NCBI GenBank assembly: GCA_012295275.1
Contig: CM022677.1
Location: 14,384,001 to 14,448,000 of the forward strand
DNA from: Chrysomallon squamiferum
Lineage: Eukaryota > Animalia > Mollusca
Direction: 5' to 3'
DNA: 64,000 nt
Part shown: one piece after another, positions 57,720 to 64,000 of the stretch
Layout of the letters: each line of letters starts with the position of its first letter
Numbering within the stretch: the stretch's first letter is position 1
Translations under genes and position numbers: made by a program
Notes under the pieces: generated by a model
What the model saw: the letters and a program-made list of their open reading frames with translations, nothing else
Told to the model about the DNA's origin: nothing
The model's database searches: none

Positions 57720-60218
57720 TACGTTGCTGCGTTTGAGTAAACTGGCGATATTCCATTCACCAGTAATGTCAGCATGTTGGCATTTGCCTTCCTCCTCTCT
57801 GTGCACACATTACAGAAGGAGCTCCTTTCTCGGTTACTGATGATGTATGGTTTACCATCCTAAGACAGGGCTGCTGTCTTTTCTGCGGTAGAGGTTTCAG
57901 GTTGCTCGCACGCTCTCTGTTTCTCTTGATGTCCACACTATCTATGAAGCAAAAGGATCGCTTGTAGTGGACGTGAACATCTTCTTTACTCAGGTTATCA
58001 TGGCAGTACAAGAAGAATTCCTCAGCGGTGACAATTTCTGCTCTCCTTTCCTTGATCCGCTGATTAATAAGTTTCTTTAGCGTACCAAACTCCCGGTCAT
58101 ATGGTCGTTTGCCATGCCGTGTCCCAAAGAAATGTCGTTCACAATGAATCCTAAAATCTTTAAAAGCAAACACTAAGTCGCAGAAGGCAGACTGGTTTTT
58201 GTAGTGTGTAGGCGCCCTATCAGAGAAATACACAACTTTCAGCATGGAGACACCGAGCTTAAGTAGAACGTCCATTGTTGGCGAGTTGAATGCATGGACA
58301 GCAGCATGTCAATGTTTCAGGTCATTAGTTACAAAAATTAAAGAATGATTTATAATCAGGTTACAGTCAACTTCAGGACACATTGGCATGGAGTGTCACC
58401 GAATCATGTCCCGAATGTGCTCCCTGAACCTCATCCTGGTACCAACATGAAAAATTATCTGCAAAATCCTGGCAGATGACAACCCAGCCTGCTGGTACAT
58501 CACTGGAGACCGCATCATACTGTCTGCCTTGCCATCTGGCACTGAAGAGGTATTTTGATTGCCTCTTCCATCAGTTCTTTGACGAAATCAGGAGCCAGTA
58601 GGGTTTTTCTCTGTCTAGTCAGCTTCTTCTTGGTGACACCTTTGTGGATATGTGTAGTGTTCTCCCACTTAAAGAAAACCACTTGTTGTTCAGTGTGGGT
58701 CTCTAGTAGAGGGTGAAGCCTAATTTATATGGCAGATGTCCCACAGGCTGTGCATTTCCTGTCAAGGCATGCCATCTTGTACTCGCCATCCTCATTTCTT
58801 GGACACAGGTCGTATCTATCTTTGTACGTTAAATTGTGTAAATGCTGAGATGCTGCGAAGGGACCATTCCCCGCTAGTTTGAGATCAACATTTGCGCAAT
58901 ACTCGCAGAGGTAGTTCTGTTTTCTTGTGCGTGTTGAGGGCAAGACATCTTCGGTTCTCAGCTGTCCAAATTTTGTCTTTGAAATGACTAAGTGTATTTT
59001 CTGGTCTAAACATTTCATACGCTGCTGCCATTGACATATCCATCACCCTCCTTGCCACAGGATACTCATCTTTGGATCCTTTCTTTGCACTTTGCGCATC
59101 TGGCTGAGGAAGGGAAATTCACGCCTCCTATAAAACTGCTCCACTTTTTGGACCGTCTGAGATGACAGAGCATCTCTTTTTTTTTTTTCTGACGTTAAAG
59201 TCAACCAAATTTATTGCTTTTTGTGCCTTCTGGAGGAGTCTGTAGTTCATTCCTAAACGTTTACTTTCGGAGTACGAGTACTTTTTCTTTAAACTTAGCA
59301 TGAGTGCCACTGTTTTCTTAGCACTGAGATCCTTCTTATTTCTTTTTTTCTTAGCATATGGATACTTTCCTTGAGTGAAGATATTGATGAAGCCTGAAAA
59401 TGTATCCTTTTTCTAGATTTTGTTCCAATGCCCAATCTCTGGTGAAGAAGACGACGACTGCGTGGAGTTGCACATTTCCTAACACATGCACAAATTTCAC
59501 CTTGTCAGTTGGCATTGCTTTCTTCATCCGCCAGACAGCTTTGTTGAGTGTGTTCTTTTTCTTGTAAGGAGTTGCAGGGACCGATTCTACACACTGAAGG
59601 GTAGGTTCTCTTTCACAACTAAGGGTTGATGTTGCAGGGGTCCACTGAGGATCTATGAAAAATGGCCGTTCAGGGTTTGGTGTCGACAGTTCACTGATAA
59701 CATTCTTTCCATTCACAGCCACGCTTGAAGCTGCAGTTTCCTCTTTGTTTTTTATTTTCTTTTCAAGGCACTTCATCCTTCTTTTTTCTTTTTCTGCTGC
59801 CTTTTGTTCTTCAGATCTCTTGGCCCTCCATGTAGCCTTCTGCATTTTACATTGTGTTTGTTTTGTCTCCTTTTCTTTTCAGGTTTGTGGTGCAACACTC
59901 ATTCCCGCAGCTTTCTGTTCAACCCTCCACCTTTTCACATGCTCATTTGTTACCTTCTGGTACTGCCCTTTCTTTTCTGGTGACAGGTTGGCCAAGAATA
60001 GCTTTTCGCGGTTGTTTTCATATTCCAAGTGGTTTCGATATCTTTCTGGGTCTGCCTTTATAGTATTTCTATAATCTCTTGAAGACTCTGCACTACTTTT
60101 CTTTGACATGATGTCATTTTCTTCTTGAACAATTTCAGTTTTCTTCACTGCAAAACGTGAAGTCTGACCTGGCTCAATTGCTTGCTCCAAAGGTCCATCC
60201 TTACTTATCTCAAATTCT
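57720..60218 (-). mobile_element. Mirror copy of the frameshifted Sola2-like transposase
   Basis: ORFs 59879..60253, 59351..59845, 59128..59310, 58725..59018 and 57769..58275 (VYFSDRAPTHYKN, HFFGTRHGKRPYDREFG). Confidence 0.8.
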
Positions 60219-61835
60219 GCAAAAATAACCAAATAGGCAAATGAAGCAAACATGGAATACTACATTTGCGAATTTGCTGCATTGTAAAATGTTCCCGACT
60301 ACTAAAATACTTCTACGATTAAACTTACAAAATAAAGATATTTTCTTTTTAGAATATCAGTGTCTGTATATTTAATGTTTCAGGTTGTAAACTGAAACCG
60401 GTTTAAAAATTGGTTTTAAATGTACAATAATTCTTCCCCAAAAAGAGGCCAAAAGTATTTTGAAAGGTCGATTTTCTTGTTGGTCAGGTTAGATAAGCCT
60501 AATTTTGTTTTTCTTTTGATAGAAATAATTTAAATCAGAATGTCTTACTATCAGTAGAATGTATAGACCACAACAAGCATTCGAAAAAGTGTCTTGTGTA
60601 ACTAACAACACTATACAAATTCCTAAATAATTAAGTGTGAAAAAATAACAATAGATTATGCAAGTACAAACATTCAAAATTAGAATACAAGCTTTCATAC
60701 AAGAGTAATATTTACAGGAATAAAAACTGTAATTACTTAAAACTACATGTTACTAATGTAAGTTACATAGGACTTTAACCAACTCTGCAGCAATGTATCT
60801 TCTGGAGCTAACATCATCAATAACTAAATATTCATAAAATGTATATAACAATATAAAAAATGTCAAATTTAAACAAAAATATGGAATATTATTGTGTCCA
60901 TAAAATAATTAATAGCAGACCAATAAATTTAGAGTCCATTTCTCAACATTAGTGTTGTAAGTTACACTGGACAACAAAACACCTAAAATCAACTTGATAG
61001 TCTTATGTAACTTACATCATCAAACACAAATTAATTCAACTTCAAGACTGTTGGGTGTTCGTGAAAGTATCAAATATATACATCAGAAATAACCTAGAGA
61101 GTTATATAATTTTATCAATTTTAACAATAAAAACATTAAGAGTAGGCCGTTAAAATTACTAGGGCGATGGCATTCGTTCCAGTTAACGCCAAAATGGCGG
61201 CCGAAATATGCCGGTATAACAATTTTTTATTTTGTTATTATTTTACGACCGTTTCGCTAGTAAAACAACTTTAACCTGTCGCTAAAAAAGAGCCTGCAAA
61301 ACATCGCGCAACCTATACATTTTAACCGGCTTTAAAATTTGATAGAGAAATGAAAACCGTTTCGTTCGTTGCAAAAGACCAAAAAGAGGCGCCAGAAATA
61401 TTGTCCGTGAAAAGAACGCCAACTGGCATAGAAATAAAAATATAATGGCCTATTTCATTTAGCTTTCATACTTTGTGTTAATTAGCTTTTGATTTTATCA
61501 CATTAAAAAAATTAGTCTCGAGAAAGCGATACACCAGCGCTTAACAATCTACTTTTAAATGATGATCGTTTCACAGAGACACGTGTATACGTGCAAATCT
61601 GCCCAGAGCCTGGGGTTACGATCTATGTCGTCTGGAAGATCATCAGACTGGGTATCTGACAATATTACAGTAGATGTTACATGTGGTAGCTCAGTAGTTA
61701 CTATATATTTTGAATCCAATAGCTGTCGACATTTTTCTCAGAAGCAATTAGTCACATCTTCTGACTAAATATTTAATCAGTATCAAAATAACAATTTATA
61801 TTACAAACAGATTTGTTAACATGAGAGATAATATG

Positions 61836-61955
61836 CAGGGCTCGAAATGGCCAGTCGCCAGGTCACCAAATGCGACCAAAGTTCCGTTTAGGCGGCTGGG
61901 ATGTTAGAAATATTATGGTTAGTCGCCCCAAAAAATATTATTTAGGTGACATGTA
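61836..61955. mobile_element. Mirror copy of the hAT-like terminus
   Basis: Begins CAGGGCTCGAAATGGCCAGTCGCC. Confidence 0.45.
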
Positions 61956-62437
61956 TTTTTCTACAAGTTATAACACGAGATAATAATTTTATAATAGTTT
62001 TATCGCAAATATTTATTTCAGATAAAACGAGTGCCCATAGTTCCATAAGCTGGACGTATCGGCTTACATAATTTGCTAACATCTATTTATAAACACTACG
62101 TTAAAGCATTATCGGTTGGTTAACGGAACAAGTTATCATAGGCGATAGCTTTGTAATTAATTGTTTGCTATTGTTTTTCCTTTTCAATTCCACCTTTAAT
62201 TGGCTAAAGTGAAGCCAACGAACAAATTTAGCGAACTTTTAGAGCTTTACGTTAATAATTATCGGTTGGTTAACGGAACAAGTTATCATGGAAGATAACT
62301 CTATAACCTTGTATTTGCTATTGTTTTTCGTTTTCCCATGCTAAACACTACTCAATGTCATTTCACGTTGCTTTCCTTTAATTCTTATTTCTTTTGAAAA
62401 ATCAAAGAGTATAATACTATACATTCTTCTTCTTCTT

Positions 62438-62468
<31 letters not shown>

Positions 62469-63809
62469 TTATTATACTTCCATTTTTGTCAAGGTTTGTT
62501 TGAAAATGTCTCACCAGTTGATTTGTATAACTAGGACAAAATGTTTGTGGATATTTTAATTAATAAAGAATTTTCGTATTTCATTTTAGATGTTGACAAA
62601 TTAAGACAAGTCGATACTTTCAAATTATCGAACTACGAACAAACCTTTTATGTGACATAAATATTTGCTACAAAATTATTAATAGTGACTCTTATGTTAT
62701 AACGTATAGAAAAAAATAGATGTTCAAAAAAATACTTTTTAGGCGACTAAATCATAATGTTTGTTTTTTTAAATTTCGTGCCTTGTCCTTACTGACATAA
62801 CGTGCATAATCATCAGCTTGAAAGACAAGTAAGAATTCATTTGAATAATGTGTAATTTTTGTAATAGATTAAGTGATATTTATTGAAATCTGTTCTGAAA
62901 CATATTTAAAGGAGTAAATATAATTTTAAGGATATTGTATTAATTCTTAGATTAATTGATTATATATTGATTATATATGTTTTTGTTTGTTATTTTAAAT
63001 TATGTTTTCAATTTTATTTTTAAGAAAAAGCTAATTGTCTTCTTCAGTTTAACTTGTCAGTACAGAAAGTTCACATTCCAAACAGCCCAGTCCAGCCTGA
63101 ACCAGTTTACTTCCTTGTGTCAAGAAAATGTGGAACTTTTAAAATATGTTCTGAAGTTCTGTGTCAGCCAATCTATCAGCTGGTGAGTCAGTTAATCTAT
63201 TAATGAATTAATTTATATAATTATTTTGTGTTGATGTATTTGCTTTTTGTTTTGTTTGTTATTGTGTATGCTATTTATTTATTTTAATTTTTTTGACCTA
63301 TATGATTGTGTTATTTTATGTTATGTTTTTGAATTTGTGTCTATTTATTTGTTTGAATTAAAGTTTGGCTCTCAGTTTTTCACTGTTTCTATCAAGATGG
63401 TTTTAAATGTAAATTTAATTATTAATTCATTGAAAAAGTAATGGAACATTAGGACAGATTTTGGACAGAGAACTAAATAATGTTTCATGGTTTCAGAAAT
63501 TCCACAGCATAGTTTGGTGTTGTGTTTATTTTTTGTTTGAATTTGATTGTGTTTAGCTTGGTGCAGTAGCTGATTCTGAGTTTGGTAAGGTTGTTATGTA
63601 GTTTGTTACGAAAATGATTTTATGTTTGAATTTGATTGTGTTTAGATTGGTGGAGTAGCTGATTCTGGTAAGGTTTTTATGTAGTTCTTAGTAAATTGAT
63701 TTTGGGTTTTGATGATGAAAGGTGTAACTAATGTTTATTTTATTTTTTACTATTTGCTGGTTGCAACATTCACCCACTCCAGTCTACATCTCAATATGGT
63801 TGACTGTTG

Positions 63810-64000
63810 TTTAAAAACTAGACTGTAGTGAAAGGTGAGTTTTAAAACTAGATTGTAGTGAAAGGTGAGTTTTAAAACTAGATTGTAGTGAAAGGTGAGT
63901 TTTAAAACTAGATTGTAGTGAAAGGTGTGTTTAAAACTAGATTGTAGTGAAAGGTGAGTTTTAAAACTAGACTGTAGTGAAAGGTGAGTTTTAAAACTAG
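63810..64000. repeat. 30-bp minisatellite, at least 6 copies, truncated by the window end
   Basis: TTTTAAAACTAGATTGTAGTGAAAGGTGAG units; reverse complement of 14685-14840. Confidence 0.95.

Larger units (their letters stand above)
43334..64000 (-). repeat. Right arm of giant inverted duplication (runs off the window end)
   Basis: Reverse complement of 14685-31575 with arm-specific indels. The first bases after the gap (GAAGATTCATCAAAGGTTTGTGAAAAT) mirror 31541-31567. Confidence 0.97.

Overview
AT-rich, intron-rich eukaryotic genomic DNA (invertebrate, mollusc-like; this is an inference from composition, repeat types and gene families). I found no intact protein-coding gene, and most computed ORFs are translations of simple repeats. 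The dominant structure is a giant inverted duplication: about 14,685-31,575 is mirrored by 43,334-64,000+, around a ~12 kb spacer that ends in a 200-N assembly gap. Each arm carries a broken Sola2-like DDD transposase and a decayed multi-exon gene pointing inward. The right arm also holds a 2,839-bp internally deleted Sola2-like element with ~630-bp TIRs and a TATT target-site duplication. Outside and between the arms is a mosaic of intron-containing pseudogene fragments (EGFR-family TM+kinase, calcium-binding EGF repeats, TSP1, ankyrin, possible RNI-type LRR), LINE ORF1 and RT remnants, a MULE relic containing a 36-bp array, and a satellite built from the terminal repeat of a fold-back element. 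The right arm begins exactly at the scaffold gap, so a mis-joined haplotype cannot be excluded from the sequence alone.
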